IMG/VR virus record: IMGVR_UViG_3300042934_000980
Span: 156,496-220,495 of that record
DNA: 64,000 nucleotides
Reading direction: 5' to 3' (one strand)
The notes beneath the pieces are model-generated. The model was not told the DNA's origin and did not search any database. It saw only the letters and a list, made by a program, of their open reading frames with translations. How positions within the stretch are numbered: the stretch's first letter is position 1; every line of letters begins with the position of its first letter. Made by a program: the position numbers and the translations under genes. Shown here piece after piece: positions 15,354 through 24,719 of this stretch.

Positions 15354-15893
15354 TTATTTCAACCTTCTAATGTGGATGTCTTGTGGACCAACACTCTCAA
15401 GTGGAAGGGAACTGTCATTAAACGGATGCGTCATCCGGGTAGGCGATCTGTTAGTGTTCCTAACTTGGATGATCCCCACCATCCTCATCTCTACCGGATC
15501 AAGTATTCGCCACTCACCTGTCACGTGAGCATCCCACACCAGTCTTTCATTGGTTAGGACCTGGGGCGAAACAATCCGTTCTTTGCCAGTCAACTTCGGT
15601 CGGTACACATAGAAATTAAGATAAGGTACTTTACCGACCTCAAAAAATTTCGCGACGTTTGGAAATACCCCAAGAAAGCATCCTTCCAACGTTGGGGCTA
15701 CACAGACCGCTTGCATCGGTGGTTCCGGGTACGCCCAAGTGGAATCTTCCTGTTCACCTGGTGTATCGAAGCCTGCCTGCTCACCCGGGGTCCACAGACC
15801 TTCAAGTGCGCCGTTAAGGCTTAAGTGAAATAAATCCCCGAAACTCCATTCAGTCTTGGGGACAACCAGCTTTTTAACGTTGACCTTTGCCAT
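15354..15893 (-). CDS. hypothetical protein, possible ADP-ribosyltransferase-like fold
   Basis: LFHLS...EP..AVCVAPTLEGC...FYVY...VWDAHVTGEWRIL pattern. Confidence 0.6.
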   Translation of the reverse strand: MAKVNVKKLVVPKTEWSFGDLFHLSLNGALEGLWTPGEQAGFDTPGEQEDSTWAYPEPPMQAVCVAPTLEGCFLGVFPNVAKFFEVGKVPYLNFYVYRPKLTGKERIVSPQVLTNERLVWDAHVTGEWRILDPVEMRMVGIIQVRNTNRSPTRMTHPFNDSSLPLESVGPQDIHIRRLK

Positions 15894-16017
15894 CCTTTAC
15901 CTGTTTGCCTTTCGCAGCTGCACGGACACTGCGATAGATGTTTTCGATCCGCTTACGCTCCTCAGGTTTCATGGGAGGATGAAGCAACCCGATATAATCA
16001 ATCGTTCGCCCCATCAT
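15874..16017 (-). CDS. 47-aa basic peptide
   Basis: MMGRTIDYIGLLHPPMKPEERKRIENIYRSVRAAAKGKQVKDGKGQR; ATGA overlap with upstream stop; not in ORF track. Confidence 0.55.
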   Translation of the reverse strand: MMGRTIDYIGLLHPPMKPEERKRIENIYRSVRAAAKGKQVKDGKGQR

Positions 16018-16319
16018 ACCCGTGCCCGCGCTAAACGCTGCAAATCGCGCATCAAGCGATCAACGTCCTTTTCTAGGTTGTAGATACGGGCAGGCTTTAC
16101 CATGTCAAGCGCTACCATCGACGCCCCACGCGAAGTATTGACGTACATCATCTCCATCTCCCCAGGGCGATGTCCGCCAAAGGTTTCAGGTTTGCTGTTC
16201 ACGTCGGTCACTGCGCGACCACCCACCAACAGGCGGTTGTGTTCCAGAGTGATGGAGTGATCTGACGTGACTCGGTGAGAACCGAGCATCGCCAACCCCA
16301 GTAGGTTCTTTAGCTTCAT
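16014..16319 (-). CDS. hypothetical protein
   Basis: 101 aa, ATGA overlap. Confidence 0.7.
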   Translation of the reverse strand: MKLKNLLGLAMLGSHRVTSDHSITLEHNRLLVGGRAVTDVNSKPETFGGHRPGEMEMMYVNTSRGASMVALDMVKPARIYNLEKDVDRLMRDLQRLARARV

Positions 16320-16951
16320 GATTTATGACTCGGTCGGGTAGATAGGTTGGGTAGGTTCTTTCTAACCCAATCCTGAACGTCAGAGTTATCGGACTCACTG
16401 ACCGTGTGGGTGATGTGCTTACAAAGACGATCCGTCACCAAATCGTCAAGCACCGAGGGGGCTTCCTGCTTGTGCCATGTCCCCCAGTGCAGAGTTCCCT
16501 GGGCGTTTGCCAGCGCCTGTTGAATGTGCTCCTTAGACGGCATCAGACGGTCGGCGTACTTCTTATCCTCATAACCACCTTTACCCACGCACCAGACCGC
16601 TGCACCCGCTACCACCAGCGTTCCGCCTGCAGTGCAAGTAAGCGCCGGGATACGCCGCTTAGGGTGTGGGGCCATCTTGAACATGCTGACGTACGGCCAA
16701 TTGCTGACATAGTCGGCTGGATTGGAAATATACCCCACGTTTGAGGGAATACGAAACTCCCGGTGGCTCAGCAAGTCATGGTCTTTGTACTCTTGGCGAC
16801 CTACTTGTTGGATGAATGCCGGGGCGTTATAGAGGAGGTACTCCACCCCGTTAAACGTCTGTATGTGTCGGTGACGGCTGTACTGCTCGTCTTCTTGGAC
16901 CTTAAGAGACAGAGGCGTACGCCCAACTAACACAAGAGGAAGCTTTTCCAT
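16316..16951 (-). CDS. hypothetical protein
   Basis: 211 aa in operon. Confidence 0.7.
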   Translation of the reverse strand: MEKLPLVLVGRTPLSLKVQEDEQYSRHRHIQTFNGVEYLLYNAPAFIQQVGRQEYKDHDLLSHREFRIPSNVGYISNPADYVSNWPYVSMFKMAPHPKRRIPALTCTAGGTLVVAGAAVWCVGKGGYEDKKYADRLMPSKEHIQQALANAQGTLHWGTWHKQEAPSVLDDLVTDRLCKHITHTVSESDNSDVQDWVRKNLPNLSTRPSHKS

Positions 16952-16954
16952 GGT

Positions 16955-17380
16955 TCACCCAAAGATGGCGTTGAGGTTTTGGACGACCTTTTTCAGTTGT
17001 TCGTAGTTCTCGTCCGTTTCAGGCAGATCCATGTAGCACAGCCCGATTTCCTTGGCTGCGGCAAACATCTGCTCACGACTGCCGGTCAGCAGCATGACCT
17101 TAAGCATCTGGTCATGAGTGGCCTTGTCGTCAATGCGAATAAACGCCACTTCGTTACTCACAGGTGGCGACAGCGGCCGCCCATTGATCGTGTCGCTCAA
17201 AGCGCTGTCAATCCACTTGCTGTAGTACGGGTACTGCTTGCGGATGGGACCCAGGTAGCATTCGTCCAGATCGGCAATGGCTTTGCCCACCACACACGCT
17301 TCATCTTCAAGCCCTTTGACCGACTGGCTGAACGAATCGCAGGCAGCCTTGGTTTTTTCAAACAACTCTTGTTCCATCAC
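16955..17380 (-). CDS. hypothetical protein
   Basis: 141 aa in operon. Confidence 0.75.
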   Translation of the reverse strand: MMEQELFEKTKAACDSFSQSVKGLEDEACVVGKAIADLDECYLGPIRKQYPYYSKWIDSALSDTINGRPLSPPVSNEVAFIRIDDKATHDQMLKVMLLTGSREQMFAAAKEIGLCYMDLPETDENYEQLKKVVQNLNAIFG

Positions 17381-17444
17381 AAACCCCTAATTACGTCTTT
17401 TAAACTGATAGCATATTGTCAGTATACTATCAGTTTTCTAGTAC

Positions 17445-18065
17445 TTAAAACTCAACCGGCACCCGGACCTTGGTCAGGATCCCGATGGTGTTGAGTAAAG
17501 GCGTGCTGATCCCCATGTACTGGGTATCCTGCCCATGGCGACTGGGGTAGGTGACACTGATATAGCCCGGTGGGGTGTGGTCGCAGACTTCCAAGCTCAG
17601 CGAACAGGGTTTGCCGTCTATCATGCCGTTGATCACTTTGCGGTATTCCCCGTACCGCTCGTAATCCAAGGCAAAGATGAAGAACCTCGCCAGAGCGCGG
17701 AAGAGCTGCGAAGACTTGGGTTGGCGGTCAAACACCAGATGCTCGTACAAAAGCCGCCAGCCCTCTTCATAGCCCCTTACAGCACCCTCTGCGGTGTAGA
17801 TATAACGCTTACCGTTACAGTGCCAGTAGTAACGCGTCTGCGCCTCATCGCTGATGGTGATCAGCATGTCATCATTCAGATGCGTTACCGAGTAGAACTT
17901 CACCGCGCCCTTAAGCGCGTGGCGAATGCGCATGATCTTTTTGGCGTTACGGCGCTGCGGCATAGCCGAGGTAGGGCAACCCGTCACACTGTCCACATTT
18001 AACTGGGTGCCCACATTGCCGTAGTCAGGGAAGACCCCAACGTGCGAATAGGTTTTCTTAAGCAT
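17445..18065 (-). CDS. hypothetical protein
   Basis: 206 aa, GGAGG SD. Confidence 0.75.
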   Translation of the reverse strand: MLKKTYSHVGVFPDYGNVGTQLNVDSVTGCPTSAMPQRRNAKKIMRIRHALKGAVKFYSVTHLNDDMLITISDEAQTRYYWHCNGKRYIYTAEGAVRGYEEGWRLLYEHLVFDRQPKSSQLFRALARFFIFALDYERYGEYRKVINGMIDGKPCSLSLEVCDHTPPGYISVTYPSRHGQDTQYMGISTPLLNTIGILTKVRVPVEF

Positions 18066-18079
18066 AGCCCCTCCGAGGG

Positions 18080-19432
18080 TTACTTGATAATATCGAGCAC
18101 CGGTTGCTTAAGCTCGGTGCTGTCCAGCTCACGTTGGATCGGGTTACAGAACCCGTCACTGGTGGCCACGATCAGTTCTTTGTCGGTCTGAAACAGGTAG
18201 ATGTCAGCATCTTTAAGGATCATGATGCCTTTCTCCCCCATCCCGGCTTTATTCTGCCAGTAGGTTTTATTGCCTTTAAGCCCGACCACGGTGATCTTGT
18301 CGCCGTTGACGTTCATGACCGTGTCGACCAGCACCTTGTTCTCATCAACTAAGCGAAACCCAAACAAGGTTTTGTAAGGATAACTGAAGGTTCGCTTACC
18401 GCTGATGGTCAAGTTGCCTTTGGACACTTTACAGCTGCGCTCATCGGTGTAACGCCCGGTGGTAATGCTGGACATCACATACAGATAAGCCCCGTACACC
18501 AAACCGCCGATGATCACCGCAAACAACAACCGCCACAGCACACCGGCTATCAAGCGGTTACGCTTAAGACGCTTGTTCTCTTTACGGGTTTCCAGCAACA
18601 TCCGAGCCAACGAGCCTTTGTCGTGCCAGTCATCGTCACAGGCCAGGTTCAGGCGTTCGTCGTGTTCCGGTTCCAGCTGGCGGAACTTGCTGGGCGTGTG
18701 CAAGTCCATCCAGATGCCCGGTGGTGACAGCACCCACATGCTGTCGCGCCAAGCATAGGCGTCATACATGTCAAGGGTGTTGGGATCTGGAAGTTCTTTG
18801 TCGTTAGGCCAAGGACCCAAGACGCGCAAACCAGGAAGTGCGGAATTGGATTGTTCAGGGGCGGTGGGGTTGACGGTTTCACGGGTAGCCGCCTTCAGCA
18901 ACCCATTAAGCACCCCGTTCTTCTTCTCCCACTCTTCGCGTGTCCCTTCAAACCCAGAGTCCTGTGCCCGCTCCCACAGCTGGCATTCAACGCTTGGCAC
19001 AGGACTGCCCAAACGAACAGTCCAACCTTGTTTGGTTTTGCTTTGCAGTTCGCCGCGCCACAGCATTCCTGCACCCAATGGAATGGTATCATCCTCAGGC
19101 AGCTCTTCTTCGGTAGGCCATACCCCCAAGTACTTGTCAGGTATGGTCACCCAACCATGGGTAGTCAGAATTTCCTGGCCTTCACCAGTTTCAACGATTT
19201 GACCGACAACCGAGTGGTAGGTGGTCAAGTCACCTTTAAGTGTCCAGTAAGGGGTAAGAAGCCCTGCAATAGATTGCAGCTCAACCACCCACAACTCATT
19301 ACCCGCTACAGCAGCCGCGCCAATTTCACACACTTTTGCGTCGGGTAAAGGCTCGCCCGGTTCGAGAAAAAGTGACACCTCCCAAGAACTGTCCCCGATG
19401 GTAATGGTCTTTAACTTCTCTTTGTCAACCAT
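18080..19432 (-). CDS. membrane-anchored protein with tail-fibre-like repeats
   Basis: LGVWPTEEELP, LRVLGPWPNDKELP..DAYAWR and LWERAQDSGFEGTREEW match modules of fibre 6599..9568; basic run then one TM helix; start placed at MVDKE. Confidence 0.75.
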   Translation of the reverse strand: MVDKEKLKTITIGDSSWEVSLFLEPGEPLPDAKVCEIGAAAVAGNELWVVELQSIAGLLTPYWTLKGDLTTYHSVVGQIVETGEGQEILTTHGWVTIPDKYLGVWPTEEELPEDDTIPLGAGMLWRGELQSKTKQGWTVRLGSPVPSVECQLWERAQDSGFEGTREEWEKKNGVLNGLLKAATRETVNPTAPEQSNSALPGLRVLGPWPNDKELPDPNTLDMYDAYAWRDSMWVLSPPGIWMDLHTPSKFRQLEPEHDERLNLACDDDWHDKGSLARMLLETRKENKRLKRNRLIAGVLWRLLFAVIIGGLVYGAYLYVMSSITTGRYTDERSCKVSKGNLTISGKRTFSYPYKTLFGFRLVDENKVLVDTVMNVNGDKITVVGLKGNKTYWQNKAGMGEKGIMILKDADIYLFQTDKELIVATSDGFCNPIQRELDSTELKQPVLDIIK

Positions 19433-19467
19433 AGTGTAATTTGTCCTTAAACAAAAAGAAAGCAACC

Positions 19468-19504
19468 CCAATACGCCATTAGGGGTTACCTAATGGCGTA
19501 TTGG
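19468..19504 (-). terminator. terminator hairpin
   Basis: 16-bp stem CCAATACGCCATTAGG/CCTAATGGCGTATTGG, T-rich tail on minus strand. Confidence 0.8.
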
Positions 19505-19510
19505 AAGTTG

Positions 19511-20080
19511 TTAGTGGAGAGACTCTAACCGAGTCAAATGGAAGGGGACCATCGTCGTGGTCTTGTCCTTCAGGTTGGCAAATACCAACACACCAAATTC
19601 AGGGTGCGGGGTGTGCCGGTTCAACGTCATCTGCATCGGGATGGAATCCATCACAAACATTACACTTTCCCGGCGCAGATGTTTCATCAGCAACGCAATG
19701 TTGCCCAGGTACCCGTGGTCGAAGAACTCTTGGATCGACGCCATGGTTTCCGGACCGACACTGCAGCCCCACTGGGTTTTGTCGTGCGAGCGACTGGCAA
19801 AGTCGTTGAAGACGTTCACAGCCTGACTGCCAGTCTTGGCAACATCGGGGCTGTTAAGCAGGCGGTCCTTGGGGAAGTTGTTGGTTTTGATCATCTCGTC
19901 CAGATGGTCAACAGCGTAGACAAATTCTTCCAGAACGGTTTCTTGCAAGGGCGTTTGTTTGAACTCTCGTACAAGTTCAGGGTTCAAGGTGCGGGTAACT
20001 TCCTCGAACGTTAATACCGGTTCTGCTTCAAGTACGAGTGGGTTCAATGCATCGCCAACCTCCGCGAGTAGTGCATTCAT
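19511..20080 (-). CDS. hypothetical (early) protein
   Basis: 189 aa; TATATTAC about 100 nt upstream. Confidence 0.8.
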   Translation of the reverse strand: MNALLAEVGDALNPLVLEAEPVLTFEEVTRTLNPELVREFKQTPLQETVLEEFVYAVDHLDEMIKTNNFPKDRLLNSPDVAKTGSQAVNVFNDFASRSHDKTQWGCSVGPETMASIQEFFDHGYLGNIALLMKHLRRESVMFVMDSIPMQMTLNRHTPHPEFGVLVFANLKDKTTTMVPFHLTRLESLH

Positions 20081-20178
20081 GGTACGTGTATCCTGTTATA
20101 AGAGCGGTGGAGTTGCTATAAGTACATGTTTGAGTTATTTAAAGTTAGAAGGTCTAGAAGAGGTCTTGACACAGTGTA

Positions 20179-20186
20179 GTAATATA
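20179..20186 (-). promoter_or_regulatory. early promoter core TATATTAC
   Basis: exact motif, intergenic. Confidence 0.7.
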
Positions 20187-20231
20187 GGTTTCAGATTGGC
20201 CAAGACCTCCCCTTATTAGGACGTCTTTACC

Positions 20232-20414
20232 TTAACGCATGATCCCTGCATACCCTACATACGCCAACGACACACCTACCACCATGACTGCGGTAATCAA
20301 CAGGTTCTTCCAACGACGTTTGCGGATCTGGACCTCCAGTACATCTGCCATGGCGATCTGGTCCAGTGAGGACATGTCGTATTTTGGGAGGTGACTATGA
20401 GTACGATCGGACAT
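20232..20414 (-). CDS. small protein with C-terminal TM helix
   Basis: 60 aa from MSDRT; RKRRWK then hydrophobic helix. Confidence 0.6.
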   Translation of the reverse strand: MSDRTHSHLPKYDMSSLDQIAMADVLEVQIRKRRWKNLLITAVMVVGVSLAYVGYAGIMR

Positions 20415-20505
20415 TGTTATTCTCCTAAATTTCCTAAATGCGGAATAATGGCAGAACGGAAGAGCGCCCGAAGGCACTCCTCCTTTCTAGCTAACCCTGA
20501 TGGGA

Positions 20506-21099
20506 TCAGACGGCTGGTTCTTCTGGGAAGGTCAGTTGACCATAATCGGTATCAGGGATGGTGAACACCTCAGCTTGCGCCACGGCGTGAACAACGCTAC
20601 CCCAGATGCACGGGGCGTCGATCGACACAGTGGTGGCGTCTGCGGTGACTTCTTGATCCAGCGTGTCGTACTTGAGCGCTGTGGCAAACGCAGCTTTGGC
20701 AGCAGCAGGACGGTCAGCTTCGGCTGTGCCGTGCGGCAGCAAGATTGCGATCTTGGTGGTGGTCCCGTCTTCGTCCAGGAACGCGTAGGTGCCGGGTACT
20801 ACCAGCGCCTTGACCGCGTCAAAGTCTTCGTAGACGGTAGCATCCGTCATGTCGTAACCGCGGGCGCTGTTGGGGTTTGCAGCGGTCCAAGATTGCTCCA
20901 GACCGATAAAGCGACGCGCTGCCGACTTTACGGTAGCCGAACGCAGACCATTGGCACCTGACGTGATGTCTTCGAAGGAGAGTTCTGCTTCAGTCAAACC
21001 GTCGAACAACGCTTTCTTCTCAGCATCGTCTTTATAACGATTCAGGTTGAAAGCCACGAAACGGGTGACGAACAGACTCATCCGGGAGGATTTAGCCAT
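20506..21099 (-). CDS. putative virion protein (paralog family with 5946 and 21216)
   Basis: 197 aa, alignable over most of its length; TATG late-type motif upstream. Confidence 0.75.
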   Translation of the reverse strand: MAKSSRMSLFVTRFVAFNLNRYKDDAEKKALFDGLTEAELSFEDITSGANGLRSATVKSAARRFIGLEQSWTAANPNSARGYDMTDATVYEDFDAVKALVVPGTYAFLDEDGTTTKIAILLPHGTAEADRPAAAKAAFATALKYDTLDQEVTADATTVSIDAPCIWGSVVHAVAQAEVFTIPDTDYGQLTFPEEPAV

Positions 21100-21169
21100 T
21101 ACTGTACTCCGGGGAATGAGGTGTGGTGGTCAGGGAATCCTGTCACATAATATCTCATCCAACCGGCTA

Positions 21170-21198
21170 TAAAGCCCTACCCAGTGGGTAGGGCTTTA
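21170..21198 (-). terminator. terminator hairpin
   Basis: TAAAGCCCTACCC-AGT-GGGTAGGGCTTTA. Confidence 0.8.
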
Positions 21199-21215
21199 CG
21201 TTTACGCCAACAGCC

Positions 21216-21785
21216 TTAGCCGTTGAGGTCCATCGGCTCACCTGGCTGCAGTTCAGCTACAGGCGCCTTGGCGACCACGTAGTCGACTTCACCGTAGATG
21301 GTGTCGCCTTCCACGATGATGGTGCCATCGGTCGCGGTGATCTGGTCAGCCGGGATGTCGTACTTGAGCGCGTCGATCAGCACGGCAGTGGCGGCGTCGG
21401 CTTGCTGGGCTTCAGCGGTGCCTTCGGCGATGACCACAACGGCCTTGGCGTCAGCGCCTTCGCCGACCAGGTACACACCAGGCTCTTGCTTGGCTTGTGC
21501 CGCGTCCGTGTCAGCCAGTGTCTCGCTGTCGGTCAGGGTCAGGACTTTGGGGCTGTTGACATTGGCCGACTTCCAGGTCTGATCAGGCCCGGTAAAGTTG
21601 CGACCTTGCGAGTCGATGTTGGCGGTGCGCACGCCATCGGCTTGGTGCTGGATGTTGGTGATCTGCAGATCTTCCAGGGTCAGGCCTTCGAAGCTCTTCA
21701 GCATTTCCTTGTCGGCTTTGTACAGCTGCTGGTTCTTCTGAACGAAAGGCCCCAGCAGAAGGCTTAGGGGCGATTGCTTGCTCAT
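21216..21785 (-). CDS. putative virion protein (paralog family with 5946 and 20506)
   Basis: 189 aa; ALKYD and GTAEA motifs shared with 20506. Confidence 0.75.
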   Translation of the reverse strand: MSKQSPLSLLLGPFVQKNQQLYKADKEMLKSFEGLTLEDLQITNIQHQADGVRTANIDSQGRNFTGPDQTWKSANVNSPKVLTLTDSETLADTDAAQAKQEPGVYLVGEGADAKAVVVIAEGTAEAQQADAATAVLIDALKYDIPADQITATDGTIIVEGDTIYGEVDYVVAKAPVAELQPGEPMDLNG

Positions 21786-21848
21786 GGGTAGTCCTCAGTG
21801 AGTGGGTGTAGCAGACCGGGGTGGTCGTAAGGCATATAATCCGTGTTG

Positions 21849-22055
21849 CTAGAAGAGCAGGGCTTTAACGAACCACAGCCCGACCACCGACCAGTACGCG
21901 GTGTGAAGCTTAAAGCGGTTGATTAAAACCAGCGCGGTAAACAACAGAATACCTAAGAGCGGGGATGCCTTATGAGCGAATAAGGGGATAAGCAGCAGCC
22001 CCAACATGTACAGCCCTCCCTCAAAGCTGAACAGCTTCTTCATTTCAGCAGTCAT
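21849..22055 (-). CDS. small membrane protein
   Basis: 68 aa, three hydrophobic segments. Confidence 0.65.
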   Translation of the reverse strand: MTAEMKKLFSFEGGLYMLGLLLIPLFAHKASPLLGILLFTALVLINRFKLHTAYWSVVGLWFVKALLF

Positions 22056-22083
22056 TACTACCTCAAAGATACAAAAAAGAAAA

Positions 22084-22107
22084 GCAAGGGAAATGACTCT
22101 CCCTTGC
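22084..22107 (-). terminator. terminator after chaperonin
   Basis: GCAAGGGA/TCCCTTGC stem with T-run on minus strand. Confidence 0.65.
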
Positions 22108-22119
22108 CTTACTTAGGTC

Positions 22120-23841
22120 TTAGTGCGTCTTGACCGCGTGCAGCTTGTCGCCCAACAGCAGGCTGCTGGCATTGGCCAAGATCTTGGCTGTTTGCAGGCC
22201 GCCCTTAAGCGCTGTGACCAACGCGAACGCAGTGTCGTACACACCCAGGTCTTGAGCTTGTCCCGTTTCACCGGTGGCCAAGTTGGTGATGTCCGGTACA
22301 TTACCTGCGTACTTTTTGAGCAGCTCTGGCAGGTCAGGTATGTACGCACCCTCGTCGCTTTGCTTGGCCAGATGCACGTACGGCACGCACACCAGCTCGG
22401 CTAGGCGTTCGAGGATCTTTGCATCCGTCTTGTCCCGGGCGAAGGTCACCGGATACAGGCTTTCCTTATTCTTGGGGGCAAGGACCACATGGTCTTGGTG
22501 ATGGCAGTGATCATAAAGATCCGACAACACCAACAATCCAGCCTTCATCAACGAGGTACCGGCGCCTGGCAGAATGCCGTTGTCCAACGCACTCTTGACC
22601 GCCTTGACGACGTCCTCGAACCGATCCAAACGCTCCTTCACGTCCGAATAGGTTTCACCGCCCACAAAGATGGTGACCAACTGGCCGCGCAGGTTACGGA
22701 TCCGGCTTTCGTTGAACTTGGCGCGTACGCTGAAACGGTCACCCATTTCGTACCCGCTCAGTTCTTGCTCGATGGCATCAGCACGCTGCTGCACGCGCAC
22801 TAAGGCATTAGCATCCAGCTCGCTCACCAACGAGCGGCTGTTGCCGACCGTGACGTGCATGTTCGGAACGTTGAACTCCGCACCCACCGCGTCTTGCAGC
22901 TGAGTGAACATCGGCACGCCAAAGATGGTGGCGATATCACCCATGATCAAGCTGCCCACCGAACCACCGGCGTTGGTGTTGATCCCCACGAAAGTTGGGC
23001 CGCCCAGGAAGGTGTTGACCATTCCACCCATGCGTGCACTGGATTTTACTTGGTTATTGATGTTGGCCATGACAGCCCCCACCTCATGCTCGATCGAGCG
23101 GGCAATGATAAGGATGTGGTCGGTCTGGCCCTTGAACTGGTCATGCAGCTTGATCAGCTCATCGGTCAGGTCCGCACCACGCCCCAGCGTACCGTCGATC
23201 ACCACCGGGATGAAGTTTTCCAGCAAAGTGTCGGCACCGTTGCCGTACTTGCTAAAGCCTGGGTTACTGAAACTCATGTTCAGTGGCAGGCCGTTGCTGT
23301 GCACCACCTTGTCTTCGCTGCTCTGGCCTTCCTTGAGCTCGATGGCAGGGTAACGATCACCCGACTGCTTGTAGATGTCGGTGATGATGGTCGACAGCTC
23401 GTGGTCGCTGTTGGAGGAGGTCAGGGCCAGCTTGAACAACCGATCGTCTTCCGGGGTAACCTGGATGGCGAGGCTGCGCAGCTTCTTGCCGATCTCACCG
23501 ATCACTTGCTCGATGAAACGCTGTTCACGAAAGCTCTTGAACTGGCTGAGCACGCTGTACAGTTCAGCGGTCAACATGACGGTGGTGGTGGTGCCATCGC
23601 CACACTCGTGGTCGGTCTTGATCGCCGCTTCAACGATCACCCGGTTAATGACCTCATCACGCGGGTCATCGAACTTGATGGACTTGGCGACCGTCACGCC
23701 ATCCTTGGTGACCTTAACCGAGGTGCCGGTGCCGATCAAAGCGAGTTTGCCATTGGGACCCATGGTGGCCACAACTGCTTGGTGTACCTTGGTCATGACG
23801 TCTTTGACCATGTCCTGGGTGTTATCCAAAGTCAGCAGCAT
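22120..23841 (-). CDS. groEL: GroEL-like phage chaperonin (EL gp146 type)
   Basis: TMGPNG, VTKDGVTVAKSI, GDGTTT, VGGETYSDVKERLDRFEDVVKAVKSALDNGILPG; no GGM tail; no GroES gene adjacent. Confidence 0.95.
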   Translation of the reverse strand: MLLTLDNTQDMVKDVMTKVHQAVVATMGPNGKLALIGTGTSVKVTKDGVTVAKSIKFDDPRDEVINRVIVEAAIKTDHECGDGTTTTVMLTAELYSVLSQFKSFREQRFIEQVIGEIGKKLRSLAIQVTPEDDRLFKLALTSSNSDHELSTIITDIYKQSGDRYPAIELKEGQSSEDKVVHSNGLPLNMSFSNPGFSKYGNGADTLLENFIPVVIDGTLGRGADLTDELIKLHDQFKGQTDHILIIARSIEHEVGAVMANINNQVKSSARMGGMVNTFLGGPTFVGINTNAGGSVGSLIMGDIATIFGVPMFTQLQDAVGAEFNVPNMHVTVGNSRSLVSELDANALVRVQQRADAIEQELSGYEMGDRFSVRAKFNESRIRNLRGQLVTIFVGGETYSDVKERLDRFEDVVKAVKSALDNGILPGAGTSLMKAGLLVLSDLYDHCHHQDHVVLAPKNKESLYPVTFARDKTDAKILERLAELVCVPYVHLAKQSDEGAYIPDLPELLKKYAGNVPDITNLATGETGQAQDLGVYDTAFALVTALKGGLQTAKILANASSLLLGDKLHAVKTH

Positions 23842-23895
23842 TTACGTGTTCTCCGTACAAGTTTAAAAAGTTAATGGTTGCTGTGCTACGGGTAA

Positions 23896-23903
23896 GTAAT
23901 ATA
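23896..23903 (-). promoter_or_regulatory. early promoter core TATATTAC
   Basis: exact motif about 55 nt upstream of chaperonin. Confidence 0.7.
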
Positions 23904-23998
23904 GGTTTCAGATTTGCTTACAAAAAACAAAATGGCGGCATAGAGGTTAGGGACCTCCCCTCAAGCCTGTTGGCCCGACTAAAGGGGAGGGTGTTGCT

Positions 23999-24364
23999 CT
24001 ACGAAGCCTGGGCAGCCTTTTTGGACTGCCACGGTTCTTTCTGGACCAGGAAGAGAAGTTTTTCCTTGTTGTGCTCTTCAAACACAAACGCTGAGTCAGC
24101 GACAAAGCGGTGCGGTTCGGTAACCGAAATCAACACCTCAAAGTCAATGCCTTGCTCCAGGATATTCTCCACCTGCCCAATGCAGTCTTGGCTGTCCACG
24201 TCACCTTCTGGTTGCATGACCAGTAGCACTAAGCCGCTGTCGATCATCAACTTCAGGCGCTCGTACTGTTCAGGCTCAAGGACGTTGGGAACTTTAACGG
24301 TAATCATGGGGTCCTCAGGTAATATACCCGCCTCAGTGATGCAACAGTGAAAAGGGGTAACCAC
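23999..24364 (-). CDS. hypothetical protein
   Basis: 121 aa in operon. Confidence 0.65.
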   Translation of the reverse strand: MVTPFHCCITEAGILPEDPMITVKVPNVLEPEQYERLKLMIDSGLVLLVMQPEGDVDSQDCIGQVENILEQGIDFEVLISVTEPHRFVADSAFVFEEHNKEKLLFLVQKEPWQSKKAAQAS

Positions 24365-24369
24365 TACCC

Positions 24370-24717
24370 CTACACGATTTTAGGTTTACGCATGTCTTTC
24401 ATGATGCGAAACGAGGTGTCGTCGTGGGCCAGTCTGAGTGGCTCACGGGTGCTCTCGTGTTCTTGTCGTTCCGCTTCATTACGTTCTGCGTGCGCTAGGT
24501 GTTCATTCAAGTCCGACTCGCGACCTTGGGTGTAGAGCTCGTAACAGGTTTGACACATGAGGTGATGCTCAGCGCCCCATTTGTCGTGCTTAGCCAGATA
24601 ACCAAACGCTTGATCACCCTCATGGAGGTGTTCACAATGGTCACCTTCAGATACCCGGCCATCCTCACAGAACCCTACTAACCGCTCTGTCGGACCCCAG
24701 GTAATCCAGGTGTCCAT
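24370..24717 (-). CDS. Cys/His metal-binding protein, paralog of 25262..25702
   Basis: HCEHL...H..G.E..LMCxxCYE. Confidence 0.75.
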   Translation of the reverse strand: MDTWITWGPTERLVGFCEDGRVSEGDHCEHLHEGDQAFGYLAKHDKWGAEHHLMCQTCYELYTQGRESDLNEHLAHAERNEAERQEHESTREPLRLAHDDTSFRIMKDMRKPKIV

Positions 24718-24719
24718 TA

